Positions 1-9,420 of a stretch of DNA of 64,000 bases are shown here, in pieces. The DNA is from Bacteriovoracia bacterium (lineage in GTDB: Bacteria > Bdellovibrionota > UBA1018 > JBFWNL01). Positions within the stretch are counted from its first letter, which is position 1. Every line of letters starts with the position of its first letter. The position numbers and the translations under genes are program-made. The stretch is taken from NCBI GenBank assembly GCA_050251055.1, contig JBFWNL010000001.1, positions 491,825 to 555,824 of the forward strand, given 5' to 3'. Below the pieces are notes generated by a model. That model was given only the letters and a program-made list of their open reading frames with translations, ran no database searches and had not been told where the DNA came from.

Positions 1-1
1 C

Positions 2-460
2 CGTGTTGGCGTTGATATCCACCTTGTAGATCGGTACCGCCGCCGCGAGCGTAAGACGATCGGTGATTCCCCACGCCAAAACGGGGGCCATCACGTCGAT
101 CGCGGTATTCACCTGGCCCGTGGTCGCGCCGGGGGAGCCATTCACCGAAAGGCCGGCCGCACCCAACGTTCCCTGAACCAGGTTCTTGTCCACGTCGGTC
201 GTTTGCGCGTTGATGATGTCTTGCCAGCTCACCGTCTTATTGAGAGGCTGGCCGAGCGGAACCACGCTGCCGGAGCCGTCGAATTTTTCTTCGGGCGCCA
301 TGTAGACGTTTTTAAACTGTGGACTCCGCACGTTCTCCGGCAAAACCGCGGAGGACTCGAGATCCACCGGCGCCGTCAAATTCGCCGCCAGCACCGACCA
401 CGGGCTAACCGCTCCGGTAATCCCGGCCATCAACCCTACGATCCCATACCGAAACTGCAT
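2..460 (-). CDS. Putative outer-membrane beta-barrel 'transporter' family protein (SphA/Phenol_MetA_deg-like), N-terminal part; runs off the window edge
   Basis: Not in the ORF track (no stop in the window). Read by hand from ATG at 460: MQFRYGIVGLMAGITGAVSPWSVLAA... signal peptide, then ...VLAWGITDRLTLAAAVPIYKVDINAN, which resembles AHGVTDQLTVGILIPFIKTDVQIDAG in 35093..36445. Starts 21 nt downstream of the 482 gene. Confidence 0.6.
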   Translation of the reverse strand, partial: MQFRYGIVGLMAGITGAVSPWSVLAANLTAPVDLESSAVLPENVRSPQFKNVYMAPEEKFDGSGSVVPLGQPLNKTVSWQDIINAQTTDVDKNLVQGTLGAAGLSVNGSPGATTGQVNTAIDVMAPVLAWGITDRLTLAAAVPIYKVDINANT

Positions 461-481
461 ATGGGGCCCCTTCCGTTCAGG

Positions 482-1315
482 TTACTTGCACTTCATTTCC
501 GAGCGGAGCTTTTGCGCGTCGACGAACTCTTCCTTGGATTCCGGCACGCGATTCGGATCGATTTCCGCCGGGTTCTTCTTCAAGAGGTTATCGAGCAGTT
601 CGCAAGCCTGCTTTTTTTCCGCAGCATCGCCGTCATAGAGCGTTTCGGCGTAGTAAATGGTATTCAATACGAAGTTCGGAGCGCCATCCACGGCCTTCTT
701 GAGATTTTCGAGCGCCTTGCCGCGATTCCCGCCAGCAAACACGGGAAGCTTGAAGTAGGCGCGGCCGATGACCCGATTAGGGCCATAACCATCGATGCTA
801 TCGCCGGCTTTCGCTTCACGCGTGTCGCGCTCCATGGCGCCTTCCATGTTCTCGAATAGCTCTTTTTTACGGTTGAGGGACTCCAGCACGCCTTTGGCTT
901 CCGCCCAGCGGGCCAGCGCGACGCCGTAATAAAAATACCCGTCGGCGTAATCATCGCTCAATTCCTTAGCGGCCTTCGACTTACCGTAGGCGGCTTCAAA
1001 TAGTGGAATTTTATTCTTATCGCCGGTGGTGTGCACGCCCTTATAGTAGATGGCGCGCCCGTGGGCGATGAGAATGTCGTACTTGAGATCGGTGTCTTCC
1101 GACTTCGCCGCGGCGGTTTCCGCCTCGGCCAATATCTTAATGGCTTCGTCGATCTTCGCGAGATCTTCGCGCTGAGCGTAAAGATCGCGTCCCTTCTGAA
1201 GGGCTTCGCGTGCCTTGGCGTCATCGGCCAAAGCCACGCCACCCGCGCCACCAATGGAAAGCGCCCAAGCGCCCAGTACGACACCCAACGACAAACGACG
1301 GAATACCAAAGACAT
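482..1315 (-). CDS. Secreted TPR protein, TRAP transporter T-component (TatT)-like
   Basis: Signal peptide (MSLVFRRL...ALA). All-helical with family-like segments YFYYGVALARWAEAKG, GPNRVIGRAYFKLP..GG and KALENLKKAV. Start placed at ATG 1315 after a GAGAGGGAAG RBS. Confidence 0.6.
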   Translation of the reverse strand: MSLVFRRLSLGVVLGAWALSIGGAGGVALADDAKAREALQKGRDLYAQREDLAKIDEAIKILAEAETAAAKSEDTDLKYDILIAHGRAIYYKGVHTTGDKNKIPLFEAAYGKSKAAKELSDDYADGYFYYGVALARWAEAKGVLESLNRKKELFENMEGAMERDTREAKAGDSIDGYGPNRVIGRAYFKLPVFAGGNRGKALENLKKAVDGAPNFVLNTIYYAETLYDGDAAEKKQACELLDNLLKKNPAEIDPNRVPESKEEFVDAQKLRSEMKCK

Positions 1316-1462
1316 AACTACACTTCCCTCTCTCTCTAAACCATCACCCATGGGACCCGCGATCAGTACCCGAGGGGCACGTCCTTGACAAGATGGGCCA
1401 TTGCAAAACCTGATATAAAAATTAGTTATATTATTTCAAATAGTTATGATGAAATCGACCCT

Positions 1463-1789
1463 ATGATCACCGTCCTGCTGCTCACCTTTTCAAATATCTT
1501 CATGACCTTCGCCTGGTATGGCCATCTCAAATACAAGGGATCCCCGCTCTGGCTTGCCATCTTCGCCAGCTGGGGAATCGCCTTCTTCGAATATTGCCTG
1601 ATGGTCCCGGCGAACCGCTGGGGGTCGCACGTGTTTTCCACCGTACAGCTCAAAACCCTCCAAGAGGCGATCACGCTCGTGGTTTTCGCGGCTTTTTCCT
1701 GGTTTTACCTAAAGGAAGCCTTACGCTGGAATCATGTCATCGCATTCGGCTTCATCCTGGGCGCGGTGTATTTCATGTTCAAGAAATAG
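1463..1789 (+). CDS. DMT family protein (DUF486/DMT_6)
   Basis: Signature SNIFMTFAWYGHLK, SWGIAFFEYCLMVPANR, QLKTLQEAITL; 4 TM helices. Confidence 0.9.
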   Translation: MITVLLLTFSNIFMTFAWYGHLKYKGSPLWLAIFASWGIAFFEYCLMVPANRWGSHVFSTVQLKTLQEAITLVVFAAFSWFYLKEALRWNHVIAFGFILGAVYFMFKK

Positions 1790-1804
1790 CGGGAGGATCG
1801 GACC

Positions 1805-2131
1805 ATGAACCCGGCTTGGGGTTTATTAATGCTGGTCATTATACTGGAAGTCGCGGGAACGACTTGCATGAAGCTCTCCCACGGCTACACCCACTGGAAA
1901 CCATCGGTATTGATGTTCGTATTCTACGCGGCCTGCTTTTCCATCTTCCCGTTCGCGGTCAAGAAACTCGACATTGGCGTGGCGTACGCGATCTGGGCGG
2001 GACTGGGCACTGCGATCATCGCCTTGATTGGTATCTTTCATTTCCGTGAGCCGGTGAGCGCTATCAAGGTCGTGTCTCTGGTCATGGTGATATTGGGCGT
2101 CATTGGATTAAAGCTCGGCGCCTCGGGTTGA
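1805..2131 (+). CDS. SMR family small multidrug efflux transporter
   Basis: 108 aa, 4 TMs, conserved TM1 Glu (ILEVAGTTCMKLS) and GVAYAIWAGLG motif. Confidence 0.9.
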   Translation: MNPAWGLLMLVIILEVAGTTCMKLSHGYTHWKPSVLMFVFYAACFSIFPFAVKKLDIGVAYAIWAGLGTAIIALIGIFHFREPVSAIKVVSLVMVILGVIGLKLGASG

Positions 2132-2207
2132 ACGCCTGTCCTGCTTCACCTTATGGTGGCGCAAACCTTGGACCTCGTTTAGAGTTTTAAGCTCAGGAGC
2201 CAACCCC

Positions 2208-4922
2208 ATGAAATCAATCCTTGCCCTTTCCGTGTCCTTGTTCGCCCTTTCCGTATCCGTCCCGCCCGCCAACGCGGCGAAACCCGCCGCGGCCGCCCCC
2301 AAGCTTTCCCAAACCGATGCAAAGTGGAGAGCGGAGCGCATATCACAGGTCCGATATGACCTTTTTTTTCGACTCGATCCCCAAGGGAGCGGTAGCCAGG
2401 ACTTTCACGGCTTCACGAAGATTTCGTTTCAGCTCCAGCGTGCGGACGGCCCCATTCGCGTCGATTTCCAGGAAGGAAAGCCTACCGCCGTCACCCTGAA
2501 TGGCGCGGCGCTTTCGGCCAAGGATTTAAAGGCCCAGTATAACGGCGCATTCTTCTCGTTCCCTGCCGAACGCTTCAAACCGGGAGCGAACGAAATCACG
2601 GTGGAGTACGACCATCCTTATAGCCGTACCGGCTCGGGCCTATACCGTTTCCAGGACCCGGAAGACCAACGCATCTACACATACACGGATTTCGAACCCT
2701 ACCAAGCCAACAACCTATTTCCCTGCTTCGATCAGCCCGATCTCAAGGCAATGTACACCGTGGACGTCGACGCCCCCGGCAAGTGGGTGGTCATTTCGAG
2801 CTCGACCGAAAAGCAAAAGGTAGCCCTCAATAATGGGCGAGCGCTCTGGAAATTCTCGCACCCGCTCGCCTTCAGCACCTATCTCTTTTCGCTCCACTCG
2901 GGCGAATACCAAGTTTGGGAAACCAAGCCAGCCGGCAGCATCCCGCTACGGCTCTTTGCCCGTCACTCACTGGCGAAGTATGTCCATGCCGAAGAATGGT
3001 TCGATTACACCCGCCAGGGCTTCGAGTTCTACCAAAAGTATTTTGATTTCGCCTATCCCTTCGGCAAGTACGATCAAGTCATCGTACCGGACTTCAACGC
3101 CGGGGCCATGGAAAACATCGCCGCCGTTACCTTCTCGGAACGTTACGTGCAGCGGGGACCTTCCACGGGGGACGAGAAGGAACGCCGCGCGAGCGTCATT
3201 CTGCATGAAATGGCTCATATGTGGTTCGGCGACATCGTCACCATGAAGTGGTGGGACGATCTTTGGTTAAATGAGAGTTTCGCCACCTTCATGGCGGCGC
3301 TCGCCCAGTACGAGAACACGAAGTTCAAGCAAGCCTGGCACTCGTTCTTTGCCGGATCGAAGGTTTGGGCCTATACCGAAGACCAGCTCGTGACCACGCA
3401 CCCGATCCAGGCGGAAATACCGGACACGGATGCGGCCACGACCAACTTCGACGGCATCACCTATGGCAAAGGCGCCTCGGTAATGAAGCAAGTGCTGTAT
3501 TACGCCGGGGCCAATGAATTCCGCGACGGCGTTCGCGCGTATTTTAAGCAGTTCGCCTATCAAAATGCCGAGCTGAAGGACTTCATGGCTGCCCTCACGA
3601 AGGCATCGGGCAAGGACCTCGGACACTGGACGGAGCGCTGGCTGCAAACCGCGGGCGTGAACACGCTCGAAGCGAAGTACCAGTGCAAGGACGGCAAGAT
3701 CTCTGAATTCATGCTCGTCCAGGATACGGGCAGCGGCCAGCCCGTCCAACGCCCGCACCGTACCCTGATTGGGCTCTTTCGGGTGAACTCGTCGGGCAAA
3801 GTAGAGCTCGCGAATTCCGCCTCCGTGCTCTATACCGGTCCCCAAACCGCCGTTTCGGCATTCCTGGGCAAGGACTGCCCCTTCTTGGTCTTCCCGAACC
3901 ACGAGGACCATGACTACGCAAAGGTACGCCTGGATACGCAGACGCTCGCGAACGCCAAGACGCATCTGGCGAAAATCGAGGATTCGCTCGTACGCACGAT
4001 GTTCTGGCAGGCGCTTTGGGACATGGTTCGCGACGCGCAGTTCCCGGCTCAAGCTTATGCGGAGCTGGTGATCCATTCGATCGGCATGGAAACCGACGTA
4101 AAACTCGCCGGCCAAGTCTTACAGCGTCTTTATGGACGCTATGAGTCCCAACCCTCGGTCATCACTTACCTCCCCCGTGGCACCGAAGCCTCGGAGAAGA
4201 ATCGCGAGGCTTTGCACGCGCGCCTGGAAGAATTTTTCCTGGCGCAGCTCAAGCAAGCCAAGCCGGAGAGTGATTTCCAAAAGCTTTGGTTCGATAGCTA
4301 CTATCGCGTGGCCAAAACCAAGACGGGGCAGGAAACCGTGAAACAGTTGTTAGGCGGCCAGCTCACCTTCCCCGGTCTGCAAATTGACCAAGATCGGCGC
4401 TGGAATCTCGTAAAAACCCTGAACCGCGTGGGCTCAAGCCAAGCACGGGAACTCGCCCAGGCCGAGCTCAAACGCGATCCCTCGGATAAGGGCAAAAAAG
4501 CCCTGATCGCTTCCGAAGCTTCACGCCCGGAGCTGTCGGTAAAGCGCAAGTGGTTCTCGACCGTGTCGGCCGAGAAGTCCAAGGAACCGCTCGCTAACCT
4601 GAAGGAAGCCATGTGGAATCTTTTCCCCAGCGACCAAACGGGCTTGCGCGCGCAGTTCGCCAGCAGCTACTTCGAAAACCTCTTGCGGCTTGAAAAGCGC
4701 AGTCCCTCCGAGTTTCTCGGACACTACGCGGAAAGCTTGATGCCGGCGCTCTGCACGGCGCAAAGCACCCAGGCGCTAGGCAAGTTCATCCACCAGCACC
4801 CGACGCTGAATGTGATTGCGCTCAAAGCCCTGAAGGAAGGGCACGACGAGGACGGCCGCTGCGTGAAAGTACGTACGCTAGCGGCGGAGTTCGCGAAGAC
4901 GAACGAAACCAAGCGCCCCTAA
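2208..4922 (+). CDS. pepN: Aminopeptidase N (M1 family) with signal peptide
   Basis: GAMEN exopeptidase motif, HEMAH-x18-E (LWLNESFA), ITYGKG; N-terminal Sec signal. Confidence 0.93.
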   Translation: MKSILALSVSLFALSVSVPPANAAKPAAAAPKLSQTDAKWRAERISQVRYDLFFRLDPQGSGSQDFHGFTKISFQLQRADGPIRVDFQEGKPTAVTLNGAALSAKDLKAQYNGAFFSFPAERFKPGANEITVEYDHPYSRTGSGLYRFQDPEDQRIYTYTDFEPYQANNLFPCFDQPDLKAMYTVDVDAPGKWVVISSSTEKQKVALNNGRALWKFSHPLAFSTYLFSLHSGEYQVWETKPAGSIPLRLFARHSLAKYVHAEEWFDYTRQGFEFYQKYFDFAYPFGKYDQVIVPDFNAGAMENIAAVTFSERYVQRGPSTGDEKERRASVILHEMAHMWFGDIVTMKWWDDLWLNESFATFMAALAQYENTKFKQAWHSFFAGSKVWAYTEDQLVTTHPIQAEIPDTDAATTNFDGITYGKGASVMKQVLYYAGANEFRDGVRAYFKQFAYQNAELKDFMAALTKASGKDLGHWTERWLQTAGVNTLEAKYQCKDGKISEFMLVQDTGSGQPVQRPHRTLIGLFRVNSSGKVELANSASVLYTGPQTAVSAFLGKDCPFLVFPNHEDHDYAKVRLDTQTLANAKTHLAKIEDSLVRTMFWQALWDMVRDAQFPAQAYAELVIHSIGMETDVKLAGQVLQRLYGRYESQPSVITYLPRGTEASEKNREALHARLEEFFLAQLKQAKPESDFQKLWFDSYYRVAKTKTGQETVKQLLGGQLTFPGLQIDQDRRWNLVKTLNRVGSSQARELAQAELKRDPSDKGKKALIASEASRPELSVKRKWFSTVSAEKSKEPLANLKEAMWNLFPSDQTGLRAQFASSYFENLLRLEKRSPSEFLGHYAESLMPALCTAQSTQALGKFIHQHPTLNVIALKALKEGHDEDGRCVKVRTLAAEFAKTNETKRP

Positions 4923-7087
4923 CGGGGGGCAGCTGTTCGCAACGGCTTGAGCATCTTTCGCCAATACGCTTCGTTTCGTGAACCTTTCAGAGCCTCGAGA
5001 TGTAGCCCCACGATCAGGTCCCGATGGGACAACGCCTCAGCGTTCGAGGACGTCGAGGCAAGCATTTGGATTTCCTCGATCGGGACCGAGCCCTGATCGA
5101 AGATCAAGCTTTCCTCCAGGTAGAGCAAGGTAAGCGAAAGTCGGTCCAGCCGCGGCAGCAGGTTCAATAGAGCGTCGCGCACCTCGGCGGGGTGATGGCG
5201 AACCAGGAAATCCATCCCTCGTCGGGCCACCGAACCTTCGGCCAGCTCGGCATATGCCGCGCGCTCGAGCCACTCTTCGATATCCCGATTCGCGGAGCCC
5301 CAGAGCACGAACAACAGCTCAAGCCCCTCCCGGTCGCCCGGCTTCAGTTTGAGCAGGGTATCGAGCACGTAAAGCCGGTCCGTGCGCCCAAACATTAGAA
5401 TCTTCTCGAGAATCTTCCCGACCCGGTCCTGCGTCTCATCCCCATGCGGTTCCCACAGAATCAGGAAGTGCCGAATTCGCGCCCGCTCGTAATAGTTCAA
5501 ATGGTGAAGCTCACCCCAAGCTTGGAGGCGGCTCTCCACCTCCAAGAAAAAGCGGGAGTCGGAGGATCCTTCGACCAAAAATTTTCGAGCCCACGCCGGC
5601 CGCAGGCGCCAAAGCAATCGCAGGGCTTCCCCCTTTCGCGCGGGATCGGCCGACTTGAGGTTACCCAGATGGGATATCGCAGCCTGGACCACCTCGATAC
5701 CTGGCATCGCGTGGCGATAGACCTCCTCCACGCGGCCGCTAAATGCCAGTTTGCGATGGATCGCGGCGGGGGCGGCCAGCCACTCGGAAAGGCTCCGGGC
5801 GTCCCGAACCGCGCCCACGGGCAGCCATTCCCGCCAAATATCCCCCGAGCCCGACACGCGTTCGCGCACGAAGCGCCAAAAGTTTTGGAAATAATGCGAA
5901 TCGAGATCAGAAATGCCAATCAACCCGTAGAACGAGGCCGCGATCAAGATCGCCAGCAGCATCGGCACCGACACGTTCCCCCGGAACATCGAGATAAATC
6001 CGTTCGTCAGGATGTAAGAGCACGCCATGAGCAAGGAGGCGAACGACAGGATCGAACCCCGCAAATGGGAAGGGATCGGCACCAGGCATTGGCGGGAAGC
6101 CGGCAACTGAATCGCGCGGTTCACGATCTGGAAGAAAACGGTCAGACCCATGACCCACCAGAAAGGCGTGAAAATAAACGCCGCGGAACTCAAGACCAAC
6201 GTGCCGACGGGAGCTACCGATAGCAACGTCACCAGCCGCCATCGGTGATTCAGGCGGTTGCCGAAGAAGTTCTGGAACACGAGCGTGACGATCACGACCA
6301 GCACGCTCATCTGGGAGATGGACATGCCGATGCTCTCCGCCCCGGAGTAACGTTCGTCGAGCGTTTTATAGAAAGTAAGCTCGACCAGCATCTTCACGAC
6401 GTGGGTCCAAAGAATTACCTTGAGCGCGGTACGGATCAGCGGATTGCCCAGCATAAAGCGCCTCGCCTCCCGCAGCTGCTCACGAAATCCGGCCTGGGCC
6501 GAGGAGTTCGCGCCACCCTCTGCCCCCGCCTGCCACGGCATGCGCGAAAACACGAAGAAGTGCACGAGGCCTAGCCCGACCGACACCACCAGCCCCGCCG
6601 ATAGCCAATGCTGGGAGCTGAGGTACCAGCCCAGCAGATTTCCCGCCACTCGGCCCGCCATATCGTACATCATCATCCGAAGAAACACCGTCCGGAACAA
6701 GACGGGCGACGCAATCGCCGAAACGACCAAAGCGATCGCCGATCCGCCGGTGACGTCCGCCACCAGGATCAGAATGCCCGAAAAGTAGAGCGCCGTTGCC
6801 GTGGAACCACTCACCAGCAAAACCGCCAAGGAAACGATGGCGGCCGCGACCCAGAGCGCATGCGAAAGAAAGACCGCCCGAGAATCCTTGAACGCCTGAA
6901 CCAGGAAAATCACGACGATGAAGATATTGGCAATGAAATACAGGTCGGAAATCCGCCCGGATCCGATCTGATCGATGAAAAAACTCTGCACGATCAGCAG
7001 GCCCGTGCTCAACGAAAACGCCCGACAAAAGTTACTGAGGTAAACCCGGGACCTCGGCAAGGCGACGGGGCGCGTCCCTTCGCTCAC
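4919..7087 (-). CDS. MFS-fold transporter, divergent NTT/Npt-like, with a C-terminal helical (HEAT-like) domain
   Basis: About 12 hydrophobic segments in the first ~400 aa. QSFFIDQIG and RQCLVPIPSHLRGSILSF resemble NTT-HEAT family motifs. The GTG start overlaps the upstream TGA (GTGA). Confidence 0.55.
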   Translation of the reverse strand: MSEGTRPVALPRSRVYLSNFCRAFSLSTGLLIVQSFFIDQIGSGRISDLYFIANIFIVVIFLVQAFKDSRAVFLSHALWVAAAIVSLAVLLVSGSTATALYFSGILILVADVTGGSAIALVVSAIASPVLFRTVFLRMMMYDMAGRVAGNLLGWYLSSQHWLSAGLVVSVGLGLVHFFVFSRMPWQAGAEGGANSSAQAGFREQLREARRFMLGNPLIRTALKVILWTHVVKMLVELTFYKTLDERYSGAESIGMSISQMSVLVVIVTLVFQNFFGNRLNHRWRLVTLLSVAPVGTLVLSSAAFIFTPFWWVMGLTVFFQIVNRAIQLPASRQCLVPIPSHLRGSILSFASLLMACSYILTNGFISMFRGNVSVPMLLAILIAASFYGLIGISDLDSHYFQNFWRFVRERVSGSGDIWREWLPVGAVRDARSLSEWLAAPAAIHRKLAFSGRVEEVYRHAMPGIEVVQAAISHLGNLKSADPARKGEALRLLWRLRPAWARKFLVEGSSDSRFFLEVESRLQAWGELHHLNYYERARIRHFLILWEPHGDETQDRVGKILEKILMFGRTDRLYVLDTLLKLKPGDREGLELLFVLWGSANRDIEEWLERAAYAELAEGSVARRGMDFLVRHHPAEVRDALLNLLPRLDRLSLTLLYLEESLIFDQGSVPIEEIQMLASTSSNAEALSHRDLIVGLHLEALKGSRNEAYWRKMLKPLRTAAPR

Positions 7088-8247
7088 TCGACGGCCTTCC
7101 AAAATTCGCCCAGGATCTCGTCCTTCTCCACCCGATCACTGATCTTTTGCACCTTACCCGCCAGCAGCCCGATTTCGTCATTTCTCCGCATGGAAGTAGG
7201 GGAAAAACGCCCGTCGAATTTGCCTCGTTCAAGCCCGTCGAGTTTGTCGGCGATCTCCTGAAAGGGTCGGGACAGCTTCTTTCCAATCCACGCCGTCACC
7301 GCCAAGTGGACCAGCAAACCCACCGAGAAAATCAGCACGAGCACCTTGTACCAGGAGCTTACGCGTTCCTCGATCCGCGCCGTGCTCGCTCCCAACACGA
7401 TCAGCAGGTTCAAGCTCGGCACCGCCTCGGCGACCAAGAGATAGGGAATCCCACCGCGGACTCTGGCCTTGACGGTGGGCGGGCTTCCCGCCGCTCCATT
7501 ATAGGCGCCGCCCGGGTAGGCATCCTTCAAGAATCCGGCGACACGGTCAGATAAGATAGGCCTTAGGGCGGGATCGATCTTACCCGATTCGACCACGATC
7601 TGGCCTTTGGGGTCGGTCACCAAGATGAAATTATCTTCGCCGAGCTTTAATCCCTCGATCCATTTATTCAATCCCTTCACCTTAGGAAAAACGGCGCCAC
7701 TAACCAGCCCGATGGGCTGAGCGTGCGGACGTTTCGGATCCCGGATCGGCACCAGATAAGTTTGATAGATCTCCCCGAGCGAAGTGACGAAAGCCGTGCT
7801 TGCGGCGCGCTCGTTGTTCTGCAAAACACGTTTGGCAAGCTGGATGTATTCCTTGTCGTACTTCTGGTTGAAGTTCGGCTCGATGTTGTACGGTGGGAAA
7901 AGCGCCCGCTTCTTGGCGAACGCCAAGCGGCCATCGGCGTAATAAGCGTGGATGGTGCTGAAGATATTATCGTACTGCAGGAAGTTTTCGGCCAAGGCGG
8001 CCGCCTTCGCGGGCTCGAACGGCTGAAAGCCAGGCAACTCGGCAATCTTATCCAGCGCGAGCAACTGCTCCTGGAAGGAAGTCTCCACCTGGTGGCCCAC
8101 CGAGTGGATCAGGTGCTCGTAATCGTCTTGGGCGAACTGCTCGAGTGCTTTCTTGCTCAGAAAAAAGGTTACGCCAGCCACCGAGCTGAGCCCCACCACC
8201 CAGACCACCGAGATATAACGAAACAAAATCCCCCGGATCGACCTCAT
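7084..8247 (-). CDS. Membrane sensor: TM-Cache-TM-HAMP, no output domain
   Basis: Two TMs flank a ~270-aa periplasmic Cache-like region. HAMP motif SRPFQEI...RNDEIGLLA is followed by only ~25 aa. Confidence 0.75.
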   Translation of the reverse strand: MRSIRGILFRYISVVWVVGLSSVAGVTFFLSKKALEQFAQDDYEHLIHSVGHQVETSFQEQLLALDKIAELPGFQPFEPAKAAALAENFLQYDNIFSTIHAYYADGRLAFAKKRALFPPYNIEPNFNQKYDKEYIQLAKRVLQNNERAASTAFVTSLGEIYQTYLVPIRDPKRPHAQPIGLVSGAVFPKVKGLNKWIEGLKLGEDNFILVTDPKGQIVVESGKIDPALRPILSDRVAGFLKDAYPGGAYNGAAGSPPTVKARVRGGIPYLLVAEAVPSLNLLIVLGASTARIEERVSSWYKVLVLIFSVGLLVHLAVTAWIGKKLSRPFQEIADKLDGLERGKFDGRFSPTSMRRNDEIGLLAGKVQKISDRVEKDEILGEFWKAVE

Positions 8248-8260
8248 GCCTTCCCCCTGA

Positions 8261-9007
8261 TCACCACCGAATTACGTAAAACCCCGCAATCGGACGCGCT
8301 GGATGGTCACTGCAGACCGTGTCCGCCAGCACGTGCATCGCCCCGGGCAGCTCATCGTAAAACATCACCAGGTTGCGGGGCTCGTTCTCGAACGAGGCGA
8401 TCACCTCGCCCCGCCGTCGCAGATCGCCCACGACTTCGTGTTTATGGGAGATGTCCCCATGCTTTTGGGTTGGTTTTAGATGAAGCTCGGTTCCCTCGCC
8501 CAACGGGAATCCGTCGCGCAGTAAATTCGCGCGGGTGCCGTGGGTCATCCCGGGAGCATCGCGTCCCGTCAGATACACGATATGAATTCCAGCCCCATGC
8601 AATGCACGCACGAACTCCACGGTTCCCGGATACGGCCGATCATGAGGAAGAAACGCGTCGGAAAAGAAGTGATCCCCCCAATAGCGGCGGAACTCGTGGT
8701 AAGCCTCGCTGTCGTCCGGCAGATCCAAGGCGGCGAACAGGTCCCGCACCGAGTACCCCAGGTGCTTGATCTCGGCCGGTTCAAGACGCTGACGGGTCTC
8801 ATGATGACGGCCAGAGGCGGGCTCCGTCAACCAAGCTTTCAACACCGCGAGGGTGCGGGGCTGGACTTCGTACAAAGTGGAGTCCAAGTCGAAGATCACG
8901 ATGGGCTTCGCGACCGCGCGCGCGCGACGGAGAATCTCCTCACGCAAGGCCGAGACGTCCATTTCACGATGAGCGGAAGCTTTCAGCCAGTCCGTGCGTA
9001 CGAGCAT
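8261..9007 (-). CDS. HAD-superfamily acid phosphatase-like protein
   Basis: Motif I IFDLDST, motif II LTGR, C-terminal FENEPRN. Confidence 0.8.
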   Translation of the reverse strand: MLVRTDWLKASAHREMDVSALREEILRRARAVAKPIVIFDLDSTLYEVQPRTLAVLKAWLTEPASGRHHETRQRLEPAEIKHLGYSVRDLFAALDLPDDSEAYHEFRRYWGDHFFSDAFLPHDRPYPGTVEFVRALHGAGIHIVYLTGRDAPGMTHGTRANLLRDGFPLGEGTELHLKPTQKHGDISHKHEVVGDLRRRGEVIASFENEPRNLVMFYDELPGAMHVLADTVCSDHPARPIAGFYVIRW

Positions 9008-9396
9008 TATTTTTCGAGTACGACGAGCTGTCCACCGATGTGGGCGGGATGCATGTGGCAGTCGATCCCGTAGACGCCGGTTTTGTCCGCCTTGAAACGG
9101 ATCTCCTTGCCCTTGGTATCAACGATTTCCTCAACCTTGAAGGCCCCGATCTTCAGCCCGTGCACGCTGTTGTCGCCCGGTACCTTGCTTTCGGCCTGGA
9201 TCTTCACCTGGTCGCCCTTTTTGACGACGATGACGGAGGGCAGCCAAAACTTAACTCCATCCACCTCGACGGCGCGTAGACGAAACGCGCGCTCCTCGGC
9301 CCGCGCCACGCCCGCCGCCAATACCACTAGCGACGCCAGCCCTAATGCCAAAGCCCCGCGCTTAAAACCGCCCTTCCCGTTCCATGAAGTCCGCAT
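9007..9396 (-). CDS. Secreted cupredoxin, nitrosocyanin-like
   Basis: Signal peptide; PSVIVVKKGDQV, HG, FKADKTG and CHMHPAH copper motif; AGGAGG RBS. Confidence 0.8.
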   Translation of the reverse strand: MRTSWNGKGGFKRGALALGLASLVVLAAGVARAEERAFRLRAVEVDGVKFWLPSVIVVKKGDQVKIQAESKVPGDNSVHGLKIGAFKVEEIVDTKGKEIRFKADKTGVYGIDCHMHPAHIGGQLVVLEK

Positions 9397-9420
9397 AATG
9401 ATCTCCTCCTTGGCCCGCGC

